DNA of 59,378 nucleotides from an uncultured bacterium (GTDB taxonomy: Bacteria > Verrucomicrobiota > Kiritimatiellia > PWTM01): assembly GCA_900661335.1 (NCBI GenBank), contig CAACVY010000001.1, positions 1 to 59,378 of the forward strand, written 5' to 3'. Of the stretch, positions 10,994 to 20,584 are shown piece after piece (the stretch's first letter is position 1; each line of letters begins with the position of its first letter). The translations under genes and the position numbers were made by a program. The notes under the pieces are model-generated. The model had not been told where the DNA came from. It searched no databases and was given only the letters and a program-made list of their open reading frames with translations.

Positions 10994-12078
10994 GTTCCGT
11001 CCTCCAGTTCCCGGGGAAGAAGCAAATCGGTCCGTCCGATGAGTTCTCGAGCACTCCGAAGACCCGTCAACCACAGGGCCACTCGGAACTCGTGCTCGAA
11101 TTGACGGATCAGCTCCACAACGCGCTCTGTAGATTCCATCGCGGGGGCCAAGAAGGGCCGCGCCACGCCTACCAACGAGGCTCCCAACGCCATCGCTTTG
11201 ACCATGTCCAGCCCCGAACGAATGCCCCCGGAAGCGATGAGCGTCATGCCGCGCTCGCGAAACGGAGCCAACGCCCGTAACGCAATCGGTGTGGGCACCC
11301 CCCAGTCCTGAAAGGTCTGCCCTAGGTCGTCGCCGACGCCCGCGGCACGCCGGCGATGGCCTTCGATCCGGCTCCATGAGGTGCCCCCCGCGCCCGCCAC
11401 GTCCAAAATACGAATTCCAGCGGTCCAAAGCGCCTGGGCGTCGGCGGGCGAGACGCCTGCGCCCACCTCTTTGACCACCACCGGCACGGGCAACTGCGCG
11501 GCGATGGCCCCGATCTTTTGCACTAGGCCTCCAAATCGAGTTTGTCCTTCGGGCTGAACCGCCTCTTGCAAAGGATTGCAGTGCAAGATCAAGGCGTCGG
11601 CGCGAAGGTGTTCCACGGCTCGCCGACACTGTTCGAGGCCATAGCCATAATTGAGCTGCACCGCGCCCAAGTTAGACAAGAGTACGGTCGAGGGTGCCAG
11701 CGGCCGCAAATCGAAACTGGCCGCCGTTTCCGGGTGCTCGATCATCACGCGCTGGGAGCCCACCCCCATCGCGACGCGACACAACTCGGCGGCTCGCGCC
11801 AAGTTGTGGTTGATCCGTTGCAACCGTTCGCCTCGCCCGCCGGTCATGGAGGAGATGAGCAAGGGAAGAGCGAGGGTGCGTCCTAAGAACTCGATCGAGG
11901 TGTCCACGTCCTCAAGGTCATACTCCGGAAGCGCTCGGTGCCAAAGTTGAATGCGATCGAAGTACCGGCGGTTTCGATCCGCCTCGGCATCGCGGAGAAT
12001 GATCTCGATGGCTTGTTCTTTTCGGTGTGGCCCGGAGGGGTCCGATGGAATCGGACCTGACGAGTTCCGTGCGTTCAT
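10990..12078 (-). CDS. fni: Type 2 (FMN-dependent) isopentenyl-diphosphate delta-isomerase
   Basis: SSMTGG, MGVGSQR, HCNPLQEAVQPEG, VKEVGAG, GAGGTSW and IASGGIR. ATGA overlap with HMGR. Confidence 0.95.
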   Translation of the reverse strand: MNARNSSGPIPSDPSGPHRKEQAIEIILRDAEADRNRRYFDRIQLWHRALPEYDLEDVDTSIEFLGRTLALPLLISSMTGGRGERLQRINHNLARAAELCRVAMGVGSQRVMIEHPETAASFDLRPLAPSTVLLSNLGAVQLNYGYGLEQCRRAVEHLRADALILHCNPLQEAVQPEGQTRFGGLVQKIGAIAAQLPVPVVVKEVGAGVSPADAQALWTAGIRILDVAGAGGTSWSRIEGHRRRAAGVGDDLGQTFQDWGVPTPIALRALAPFRERGMTLIASGGIRSGLDMVKAMALGASLVGVARPFLAPAMESTERVVELIRQFEHEFRVALWLTGLRSARELIGRTDLLLPRELEDGT

Positions 12079-13187
12079 TCCGAAGTCTCCGAGTCGGTAC
12101 CGGCTCGCTCCAAACGCAGGTGGGCTCGGACGAGTTCTCCCGGATTGGTCAGCGCCGCCAAGAGCGACAACTCGCCGCACAAGACAACGGCCGCGGCGAT
12201 CATGGCGAGTCGCTGAGCGGCTCGTCCCGGTTCTGAACTTGCCGCGCAACCTAGCAGTTGAAGATGCTTGCGGACCCATGGAAGGGCCTTCCCGGCGCCG
12301 ACGGTTCCCACCACCAAGTTCGGAAGCGTCACAGAAAAGTACAGCGTGTCCGACTGCGCCTCGGCCCACGTCGTTCCTTGCGATCCTTCGACGATGTTAG
12401 CCGCGTCTTGCCCGGTGGCTAGGTAGAGAGCCAGCAGCATGTTGGCAAAGTGAGCATTGGCGGACCGCAGTGAGCCGGCCAACGAGGACCCGAGAAGGTT
12501 TTTGCGCACGTTCAACTCCTCGATGGCCATGGGACTGGATCGGAGAATTCGACGGCAGACGGACGAAGGGAGTTCGCATTCTGCGACGACAAAGCGGCCC
12601 CGTCCCAACAGCCCGTTCACGGCCGAGACTTTTTTGTCCGTGCAGTAGTTGGCGGAGACCGACACGGCGCGTAGCTGCGGCCATTCGCGGACCATCCAGT
12701 CCAACACTTGTTGGGCCGCGCGTGTGACCATGTTGTGACCGGCGGCGTCGCCCGTCCAAAGTTCCAGCCGTACGAAAAGAAGCCGACCGCAGACTTCCCA
12801 GTGCAGGCGTTGGAATCGTGCAAAGCGACTGCCGGTCGTCGCCACTTGGGCGAGGTCGGCTTCGCGGGCTTGAAGAGCCGCGCCGATCCGCGCCGCTTCG
12901 AGGGCCGAGGGGGCTTCCAACAGCACGGAGCGGGTCATGCCTTCGCGAACCACGGCGACGCGAATACCGCCGGCCTCCCGTGTGGCCCGGGCGCCTCGAG
13001 CCACGGACGGCCACAGTGGGGTTTCCAGGGTCGCCAGGGGGACCCACACCTCTGCAGGTGCGTCCACGCCGATTAGCCGCACAGGACCCACCACCCGGAC
13101 CGGGAAGGGGATCGTGTGCGACCGGCCTCCAGGGACGGTGTGCGATGTTCGATCAGTCGGTGGCGCGGTCATTCGTTTGGCGTCCAT
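12075..13187 (-). CDS. HMG-CoA reductase, short class I-like bacterial form (start 13187 or 13172)
   Basis: VPLATLETPLWPSVARGA, GDAAGHNM, SANYCTDKK, TGQDAANIVEGS, VGTVG and GELSLLAA...HLRLER. Confidence 0.92.
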   Translation of the reverse strand: MDAKRMTAPPTDRTSHTVPGGRSHTIPFPVRVVGPVRLIGVDAPAEVWVPLATLETPLWPSVARGARATREAGGIRVAVVREGMTRSVLLEAPSALEAARIGAALQAREADLAQVATTGSRFARFQRLHWEVCGRLLFVRLELWTGDAAGHNMVTRAAQQVLDWMVREWPQLRAVSVSANYCTDKKVSAVNGLLGRGRFVVAECELPSSVCRRILRSSPMAIEELNVRKNLLGSSLAGSLRSANAHFANMLLALYLATGQDAANIVEGSQGTTWAEAQSDTLYFSVTLPNLVVGTVGAGKALPWVRKHLQLLGCAASSEPGRAAQRLAMIAAAVVLCGELSLLAALTNPGELVRAHLRLERAGTDSETSE

Positions 13188-13338
13188 ATTACGTGAAAGC
13201 TGGCCGGTGCGCCAGGCATACCCACTGGGGACGGTGCGCGGTTTGGGAGATGGTTTTGCTTGGCTTCTCCGTGAGGACTTGCTAGACTGCCGGCTCGGAC
13301 GGTAAATCCGTCCCATAAACAAGAAAGGAGTGATCCAT

Positions 13339-14331
13339 ATGGCGAGGCCAGTAACACTGTTCACCGGTCAGTGGGCGGATCTTCCGCTGGAAACGATGTG
13401 CCAAAAGGCAAAAGACTTCGGGTACGACGGCCTGGAGCTTGCCTGTTGGGGGGACCATTTCGAGGTCGCAAAAGCCAACGCGGCCTATTGCAAAGCCAAG
13501 CGCGAATTGTTGGCGAGATACGGACTGAAGGTGTACGCGATTTCCAGCCACCTGGTGGGTCAAGCGGTGTGCGACCGTATCGACGAGCGCCACAAGGGCA
13601 TTCTGCCGGACTACGTGTGGGGCGATGGGGACCCTGAAGGTGTTCGTCGCCGCGCGGCGAAGGAAATGATCGCCACGGCAAAGGCCGCCGCCGCATTGGG
13701 TGTACAGGTGGTCAATGGATTCACCGGTTCCTCGATCTGGCATCTGCTTTATGCGTTCCCGCCGACGCCGCAGTCCATGATCGACGAGGGATATGCCGAC
13801 TTCGCTCGGCGCTGGAAACCTATCCTCGATGCTTTCCAGAAAGCCGGTGTGAAGTTCGCGCTGGAAGTTCACCCGACCGAAATCGCCTTTGACATCGTCA
13901 GCGCAGAACGCGCGCTCAAGGCCGTGGACAACCATCCTGCGTTTGGCTTCAACTTCGATCCCAGCCACCTAGCATACCAAGGCGTGGACTACGTCGAGTT
14001 CATTCGGCGGTTCCGAGATCGCATTTTCCACGTTCACATGAAAGACGTGGGAGTCGCGAAAACGCCTCGGCTGAGCGGCGTGTTTGGCGGTCACCTGCCG
14101 TTCGGCGATCCTCGCAGGTACTGGGACTTCCGTAGCCTGGGGCGCGGCAGCGTGGACTTCGAGGCCATCATCCGCGCGTTGAACGAGATCAACTATCGTG
14201 GTCCGTTATCGGTGGAGTGGGAAGACTCCGGAATGGACCGCGAGCACGGCGCGCGGGAGGCTTGCCAGTTCGTCCGCCGTTTGGATTTCGAGCCTTCGGC
14301 CGTTGCGTTCGACGCTGCATTCGAGCGCTAA
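13339..14331 (+). CDS. Sugar phosphate isomerase/epimerase (xylose-isomerase-like TIM barrel, AP_endonuc_2 family)
   Basis: [29 protein letters not shown] and LSVEWED metal-binding motifs, with a strong AGGAG SD. Confidence 0.88.
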   Translation: MARPVTLFTGQWADLPLETMCQKAKDFGYDGLELACWGDHFEVAKANAAYCKAKRELLARYGLKVYAISSHLVGQAVCDRIDERHKGILPDYVWGDGDPEGVRRRAAKEMIATAKAAAALGVQVVNGFTGSSIWHLLYAFPPTPQSMIDEGYADFARRWKPILDAFQKAGVKFALEVHPTEIAFDIVSAERALKAVDNHPAFGFNFDPSHLAYQGVDYVEFIRRFRDRIFHVHMKDVGVAKTPRLSGVFGGHLPFGDPRRYWDFRSLGRGSVDFEAIIRALNEINYRGPLSVEWEDSGMDREHGAREACQFVRRLDFEPSAVAFDAAFER

Positions 14332-14344
14332 GCGAAACGCGTAG

Positions 14345-14369
14345 CCCGTCCGCGAGCTCGTTGGACGGG
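14345..14369. terminator. Hairpin after the isomerase gene (terminator or REP-like)
   Basis: CCCGTCC-GCGAGCTCGTT-GGACGGG preceded by GTAG, in a convergent intergenic region. Confidence 0.4.
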
Positions 14370-14632
14370 ATGTGCACCGCCGGCGCACCTACGGTGGGTT
14401 CGCCGGCGGTAGCTTTTTTCGGGGGTTCGCATGGCCCATGCCGTGGTGCTCGAGTGCGGGTCTGGGTGTGATTCCATTTCATCATGATCTAACCACCGGT
14501 CGGTGTCGCGACGGCCAGGCACGGGTCCAGGAGGGCATATCGGTGCGATTTCCTAACCGGGCCGAACCCGTGTGGCGCGACGTCCCGAATAAGCCCTGCG
14601 AACCCGCAGGGGCGAAGGCGGCTCCGCTGGTT

Positions 14633-15727
14633 TCAAGTGGCGGCGGTGGGCTCGGCGCCAAGGGAAGTGAGGCGCGGCTGTTCGTGCGTCAGGCAGTGGA
14701 CCGACCCAAGCCCAAGAAGGAGATCCACCGCATGGATCCCCACCACCGTGCGGTCCGGGAACAGGTCGGCCAAGATTCCAAGCGCGAGCCGGTCATGGGG
14801 ATCGTTGAACGTGGGCACGAGCACCACGTGGTTGGCAATGTAGAAGTTGAGGTAGCTGGCAGGAAGTCGCCGCCCTCGAAAAGTGAGCGGTTCGGGCATC
14901 GGGATGGGTACGAGCGTGGGTCGCTCTCCATTTTCCAGGCGCATGCTCTGCAACCGTTCCAGATTCTCTTTTAGCCTCGCGTGGTTCTCATCGTGGGGGC
15001 GATGTTCGATGGCATAGACGATGGTGGTCGGGTTCACGAAGCGGCAGACGTCGTCCACATGCCCATGAGTATCATCGTCGCCGACGAGTCCTCGGGCCAG
15101 CCACACCACGTTGGAAGCCCCCAGCCATTTCGCGAAAACGGCTTGGTAGTCCTCTCGGGTGAAGCCAGGATTGCGCACTTGGATGTGTTCGTCCAGCAAG
15201 CACTCTTCGGTGACCAGAACGGTGCCGCGGCCGTTGACATCGAACGCTCCGCCTTCGAGCACGACACGACGGCCGCGATGCATGGGTTCTATGCGGACCA
15301 GGCCGAGCAGCTCGGCCACGTGGCGTGCGATCTCCGCATCGTTGTGCCAATCGGGATATTTGGCCCATGCGTTGAAGGCAAAGTGCAGAACGACGGGACG
15401 AGGCTGTCCGATGGCCTCCGCGAAGATGGGACCGGCATCGCGAGTCCAGCTTCGATCGCTCGGAATTCGGTAAAACTCTACATGATGCAAGGGCGCACCG
15501 CTGGCGTCCAAGATTGCCCGTACGACCCGTTCATGTTGCGGCGAACTGACGATGATGCGAACTAGTTCTCCCGTGGACGCCGGGCGGCGGACCATGTCGG
15601 CAAAATCCCACTGCACCGCCGCGAGCTTCCCCGGCCAGTCCTTACGGCTGTGGGGCCAACAGAGCCAGGTCGCTTCGTGGGGTTCCCATTCCGCGGGGTG
15701 ACGGAACCGTGGGAGATCGGCGCTCAT
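14633..15727 (-). CDS. aguA: Agmatine/peptidylarginine deiminase family protein
   Basis: PAEWEPH, WTRDAGP, LEGGAFDVNG, DDTHGHVD, ASYLNFY and catalytic GSVHCLT. Confidence 0.9.
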   Translation of the reverse strand: MSADLPRFRHPAEWEPHEATWLCWPHSRKDWPGKLAAVQWDFADMVRRPASTGELVRIIVSSPQHERVVRAILDASGAPLHHVEFYRIPSDRSWTRDAGPIFAEAIGQPRPVVLHFAFNAWAKYPDWHNDAEIARHVAELLGLVRIEPMHRGRRVVLEGGAFDVNGRGTVLVTEECLLDEHIQVRNPGFTREDYQAVFAKWLGASNVVWLARGLVGDDDTHGHVDDVCRFVNPTTIVYAIEHRPHDENHARLKENLERLQSMRLENGERPTLVPIPMPEPLTFRGRRLPASYLNFYIANHVVLVPTFNDPHDRLALGILADLFPDRTVVGIHAVDLLLGLGSVHCLTHEQPRLTSLGAEPTAAT

Positions 15728-15743
15728 GTTGGGTGCGCTGGTT

Positions 15744-15956
15744 TTAAGGCCCCGGGCTTGAACTCGGCCCTGGCGCGGCCGGAGGTGGTAGTGGTTCTAT
15801 CGGCCTGTAGCGCAGGTGCCACGCCCGGACGGCAAGTCCGACCAGCGCCAAAAAGAGTATCCGGCGCAGCCAGCGACGTTCGTCCGGGGTGAGCACAAAC
15901 CACGAGCGGAGAACGGTGCTCGCTGGGCTGGAACTCCATGAACCGCGCGGCTTCAT
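15744..15956 (-). CDS. Small single-pass membrane protein (70 aa)
   Basis: Fills the leuS-aguA gap (7 bp and 16 bp spacers), has a GGGGA SD, one hydrophobic helix and a Pro-rich tail. Confidence 0.6.
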   Translation of the reverse strand: MKPRGSWSSSPASTVLRSWFVLTPDERRWLRRILFLALVGLAVRAWHLRYRPIEPLPPPAAPGPSSSPGP

Positions 15957-15963
15957 TTCCCCA

Positions 15964-18471
15964 TCAATTCGTGGCGATGTTCACCAGCCGCCCCGGTACG
16001 ACCACTACTTTGCGAACCTGCCGGCCTTCAAGCCATCGGGTCACGTTGGGATCCTTCATGGCCATCGCCTCGATTTCCATGTGCGAGGCACTGGCGGGCA
16101 CGCGGATCCGCCCGCGCACGCGCCCGTTGACTTGTACGGCGAGTTCGTGCTCGTCTCGAACCAACGCCTCCGGCCGTGCCACCGGCCATCCCGATTTCAG
16201 GATGCTTTGCTCGTGTCCCAGCTCTCTCCAGAGTTCCTCGGCGATGTGTGGTGCGAACGGGCCAAGGAGCCGGACGATGGTTTCGAACATTTCTCGATAG
16301 GCCGCTCGACGAGGTGCGGGCGAGTCAGCCGAGATCGGCAGCCGCTCCACCGCATTGAATAGCTCCATGATGGCCGCGATGGCGGTGTTGAAATGGAACG
16401 ACTCCTCGATGTCACGGGTCACTTTCTGGATCGTTTCGTGCAACTTCCGGTAGACCTCGCGTGCATCAGGTTCCAACGAAGCCGGGTCCACTGGCTCATT
16501 CGGGGCCGAGCGCAGCACGTCTAGGGTTTCGTACCCCCTTCGCCATAAGCGATTCAAGAACCGAAACGCCCCCTCGACCGCAGTGTCGCTCCATTCGGCG
16601 TCTTTTTCGGGCGGTCCGATGAACAGTGTGTACAACCGGAGGGTGTCCGCGCCATACTCACGGATCAACTCGTCCGGGCTCACGACATTGCCTTTGGACT
16701 TCGACATCTTATACAGCTGCCCGTCTTTTTCGCTGCGCTTGCAGATCATGCCCTGGGTGAACAGCGCGGCGAACGGCTCGCGAAACGCCACATACCCCGC
16801 GCGGTGGAGGACTTTGACGATGAACCGGGAGTAGAGTAAGTGAAGGACGGCGTGCTCGATGCCGCCGATGTATTGGTCCACGGGCAGCCATCGATTGACG
16901 TCGTCCGGAATGAACGGTCGGTCTTCTAGTCGCGGATTGATGTAGCGAAGGAAGTACCAGCAGGAGCATAGCCACTGCGCGATCGTGTCGGACTCGCGGC
17001 GCGCGGGGGCACCACACTTCGGACAGGTGGTGGAAAGGAAGCGTTCGTGTCGAGCCAAAGGATTTCCTTGCTCTGACCGAAAATCCACATCGTCGGGCAA
17101 CAGCACCGGAAGTTGCGATTCCGGCACCGGCACGGTCCCACACTGTGGGCAGTAGACGATCGGAATGGGCGCACCCCAGTAGCGCTGGCGGCTGATGAGC
17201 CAGTCGCGGATTTTCCACGTGACGGCGAAGTCACCCACTCCGTGTTCCTTAGCCCATCGGATCATGTCCGGCATCGCTTCGCGATTGCCCCGGCCCGTGA
17301 ACGGACCCGAGTGGACGAGTACGCCGTCGTCGACCCAGGCCGCGGTCATGGTGGTGGGGTCGAGCGGGTGCGCGGGATCCTGAATCACCACGCGGATCGG
17401 AAGCCCATACTTGCGAGCGAATTCGAAGTCACGCTGATCGTGCGCGGGAACGGCCATCACTGCGCCGGTTCCATAGTCCATCACCACGTAGTTGGTAACC
17501 CACAGCGGGACGCGCTCGCCGTTATAGGGGTTGACCACATGGTAGCCGGTGAATACCCCTTCTTTGGGTGCCGTTTCCGCTGTACGCTGCTGGACGCTCA
17601 ACATTTCTTGGCGCTTGGCGAATGCCTCGACCTCGGCACGCCGGGGATGATTCGCCATCAGTTTCTGAACCAGCGGATGTTCCGGGGCAATCGCCATAAA
17701 CGTCACGCCGTAGATCGTGTCCGGCCGTGTCGTGAAGATCGTGCACAGGTCGCCCGTTTCGGCCACTCGGAAGTCAATTCGCGCACCTTCGGAGCGCCCC
17801 AGCCAATTGGCCTGCATCGCGCGGACGCGCTCGGGCCAACGGTCTAACAGCGCCAGGTCGTCGAGCAGCTGCTGTGCGTACTCCGTGATTTTGAAGAACC
17901 ATTGTGTCAACATTCGGCGGGTCACAGGACGGCCGCATCGGTCGCAAGTGCCATCCGATCGAACCTCTTCGTTCGCCAATGTCGTGCAGAATTCGCACCA
18001 ATTGACGGGGGCGTTTTTCCGGTATGCCAGCCCTTGGTGGTACAGGAGCAGGAACAGCCATTGGGTCCACTTGTAGTAGCCAGGGTGGCACGTAGCGATT
18101 TCGCGCGACCAATCGTAGCCCACACCCCAGGAGCGGATTTGTCGCTTCATCTGGGCGATGTTGTTGAGCGTCCATTCCTTCGGGTGCACGCCCCGCTGCT
18201 TCGCCGCGTTTTCCGCGGGCAACCCGAACGCGTCCCAGCCCATGGGAGTGAGGACGCGATAGCCTTGGGTCAGTTTGTATCGTGCGACTGCATCCCCAAT
18301 GATGTAGTTTCGCCCGTGGCCCACATGCAGTGTGCCAGAGGGATAAGGGAACATGACCAGGCAGTAGTACTTCCGGTCCGAGTTGCGGGTGTCCACCCGG
18401 AAAAACCCCTGCTCGTCCCAAAAGGCCTGCCACTTGGGTTCGATTTCGGAAAACGGATATCGTTCGTTCAT
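15964..18471 (-). CDS. leuS: Leucine--tRNA ligase
   Basis: [13 protein letters not shown] (HIGH motif), editing domain FTTRPDT, SRQRYWG and KMSKS. Confidence 0.98.
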   Translation of the reverse strand: MNERYPFSEIEPKWQAFWDEQGFFRVDTRNSDRKYYCLVMFPYPSGTLHVGHGRNYIIGDAVARYKLTQGYRVLTPMGWDAFGLPAENAAKQRGVHPKEWTLNNIAQMKRQIRSWGVGYDWSREIATCHPGYYKWTQWLFLLLYHQGLAYRKNAPVNWCEFCTTLANEEVRSDGTCDRCGRPVTRRMLTQWFFKITEYAQQLLDDLALLDRWPERVRAMQANWLGRSEGARIDFRVAETGDLCTIFTTRPDTIYGVTFMAIAPEHPLVQKLMANHPRRAEVEAFAKRQEMLSVQQRTAETAPKEGVFTGYHVVNPYNGERVPLWVTNYVVMDYGTGAVMAVPAHDQRDFEFARKYGLPIRVVIQDPAHPLDPTTMTAAWVDDGVLVHSGPFTGRGNREAMPDMIRWAKEHGVGDFAVTWKIRDWLISRQRYWGAPIPIVYCPQCGTVPVPESQLPVLLPDDVDFRSEQGNPLARHERFLSTTCPKCGAPARRESDTIAQWLCSCWYFLRYINPRLEDRPFIPDDVNRWLPVDQYIGGIEHAVLHLLYSRFIVKVLHRAGYVAFREPFAALFTQGMICKRSEKDGQLYKMSKSKGNVVSPDELIREYGADTLRLYTLFIGPPEKDAEWSDTAVEGAFRFLNRLWRRGYETLDVLRSAPNEPVDPASLEPDAREVYRKLHETIQKVTRDIEESFHFNTAIAAIMELFNAVERLPISADSPAPRRAAYREMFETIVRLLGPFAPHIAEELWRELGHEQSILKSGWPVARPEALVRDEHELAVQVNGRVRGRIRVPASASHMEIEAMAMKDPNVTRWLEGRQVRKVVVVPGRLVNIATN

Positions 18472-18742
18472 GTACGACCTTTCTCGAACATTAGAGCCAT
18501 TTATACCGGAATCTGACCATTCTGTCGCGCCCAACGGTCGATAGTGAGCCGGTTGCGCTGTTCAGGATGCGGGCTTCAAAAGCTGGTAAGGCCCCAATGC
18601 CGAAAACGGGCTGACCCCGCCCCCCGCTCGAAACCGCCGATTTTCTCACTCTCGATCCGTTCGGTCCCGCAGCACACGCGTATTGTTTAGACCCTCCGCA
18701 TCTGGACGCGGGGAGGCGTTGCGCCGCAGATCGAAACGGCGT

Positions 18743-18796
18743 GGAGGGTCGGGCTCCACCCCGACCCGATCCGGACGCGGTGGAACGCGTCCCTCC
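18743..18796. repeat. Inverted pair of 24-nt REP-like palindromic units
   Basis: GGAGGGTCGGGCTCCACCCCGACC (18743-18766, +) and GGAGGGACGCGTTCCACCGCGTCC (18773-18796, -) share a head and loop but have different, fully complementary stems. Confidence 0.7.
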
Positions 18797-19063
18797 AGGC
18801 TCGAACTGGGCCGGGCGCCTTTCCTGCCCCGCGCTCCCTCGCCTCTCGCCCCAGCCTCCGAGCCTCTCGCGGCTTTGCAGCGCGATCGGTTCTCCGATGG
18901 CTTGCCGCCCCGTTGGAACGGGTCACGCCGGGAAAACAGCCGCGCAAACCGCTGTGGCGTGGCGTCGACGCCAACCGACGGCGCGGGAACTTTTTTTCGA
19001 ACGGCCTGCCAATCGCGCGGGCAATTCGGTCGAGCGGGGTCATCTCCGTACCGGAAAGCTCGA

Positions 19064-20584
19064 TCAGAAGTAGATATCCCGTTCGCCGGCCGCGACGCGT
19101 TGATAGGCAGCGTCAAACGCGGGCCACCACCGGGGCATAGTGCGGCGGACTTCTCCGATCTCGCGCTGGAGGACTCTTTCGCCGGCTTCTCGTGTCGGCT
19201 CGCTGGCAAAATCGTCGAGCCATTCGCGGTAGGTGAGGATCGCGTTGAGCTTACAGAATCGGGCCTCCGCTCCGCTGCGCAACAGGTCCATGATGCATTG
19301 TCCGGTTCGTCCGCAGCGATAGCCGGCGGTACAGAACGACACAATCAAGCCCATCTCGGCGAGATCCCGCACCAAATCGTCCAGCGAGCGGGTGTCGCCC
19401 AACATGAACTGCTGGCGTTCCATGGATTGTTCAGAGCGCACATCGCTGGTCGAGTAACCGCCGACTGCGATCCGCGCCGAGCCATCGGTCTGCGTAACGC
19501 CCAACTGCAATAGGCGCCGCCGGACGTCGGGCGGTTCGCGAGCCGTCAGGATCATGCCCGTGTAAGGGACGGCCAACCGCAACAGCACGACGATTCGCTC
19601 CATGTCCGTATCCGATACGCGCCATCGGGTTTCTTGGACATATGGGGCGTGGTCGGCCGGCTCGAGGCGGGGGAACGATATCGTATGCGGCCCGACGCCG
19701 AACACCCGTTCCAGTTCGATCGCGTGCGCCAACAAGCCCATGACTTCGAACTTCCAATCTCCGAGCCCGAACAATGCACCAATACCGACGTCGTCAATGC
19801 CCGCGGCCATCGCCCGGTGCATGGTGTACAATCGCCACGAGTAATTGGCCTTGAACGCCGCCGGATGAACCTGCCGGTACAGTTCCGGATCGTACGTTTC
19901 TTGGAACACCTGGTACGTACCCAGCCCAGCCTCGTGGAGACGACGAAGTTCTTCGATGCGCAGCGGGGGCGCATTGACGTTGACACGACGGATGGATCCC
20001 CAGCCGACGCGTGCACGGACCCGCACCGAGTAGATCGTCCGGATGCACTCGCAGATGAAGTCCACGTCCATGGACGGATGTTCGCCGAAGACAATGATCA
20101 GCCGTTTATGGCCAATGCGGCCCGCGAGCACTTCCACTTCGTTCCGTAGCTCCGTCATGCTCAATACCCGGCGGTCCATGTGCCGGTTCTCCACGCGTAG
20201 GCCACAGTACAGGCAGTTGTTGACGCAGCAATTGCCGATGTAGAGGGGGGCGAACGTGACGATGCGCCGGTCGTAGACCTTCAACTTGATTTCCGCGGCG
20301 ACGGTGCGCATCTCCTCCCAGAGGGCGGGGTCGGTGACGTGGAGGAGCGTTGCCAATTCGTCCAGGGATAGCGTGTGAATCGCTCGGGCCTTGGCCAAGA
20401 TGTCCCGTACCCGTTGGGCATCGGGTGGCTGTTCCGCCGCGCGCTGCAAGTGTGCACGAATCGCGTTGGGGTCGATAAAATCCCGGCCGCCCGGTCGCCA
20501 AGCGGCGATTTCATCCATGTTGATTCGACTTTGGGCCCAGCTGGCCACGTCGTGAGTCACTTGCGAGGATGTCGGACTCGTCAT
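19064..20584 (-). CDS. hydG: [FeFe]-hydrogenase H-cluster radical SAM maturase HydG
   Basis: FAPLY-x3-CVNNCLYC radical SAM motif, FQETY, GPHTISFPR and C-terminal auxiliary-cluster motif FCTAGYRC-x19-C. ATGA overlap with hydF. Confidence 0.93.
   Translation of the reverse strand: MTSPTSSQVTHDVASWAQSRINMDEIAAWRPGGRDFIDPNAIRAHLQRAAEQPPDAQRVRDILAKARAIHTLSLDELATLLHVTDPALWEEMRTVAAEIKLKVYDRRIVTFAPLYIGNCCVNNCLYCGLRVENRHMDRRVLSMTELRNEVEVLAGRIGHKRLIIVFGEHPSMDVDFICECIRTIYSVRVRARVGWGSIRRVNVNAPPLRIEELRRLHEAGLGTYQVFQETYDPELYRQVHPAAFKANYSWRLYTMHRAMAAGIDDVGIGALFGLGDWKFEVMGLLAHAIELERVFGVGPHTISFPRLEPADHAPYVQETRWRVSDTDMERIVVLLRLAVPYTGMILTAREPPDVRRRLLQLGVTQTDGSARIAVGGYSTSDVRSEQSMERQQFMLGDTRSLDDLVRDLAEMGLIVSFCTAGYRCGRTGQCIMDLLRSGAEARFCKLNAILTYREWLDDFASEPTREAGERVLQREIGEVRRTMPRWWPAFDAAYQRVAAGERDIYF

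Noticed and set aside
18646-19513. ORFs of 232 aa (-) and 276 aa (+) across the leuS/hydG gap
   Set aside because: They overlap hydG and translate the REP-like palindromes (EGRVPPRP-type peptides), which is a typical artefact.
19064-20584. ThiH (thiazole synthesis) call
   Set aside because: It has the HydG-specific C-terminal Cys motif and is coupled to hydF.
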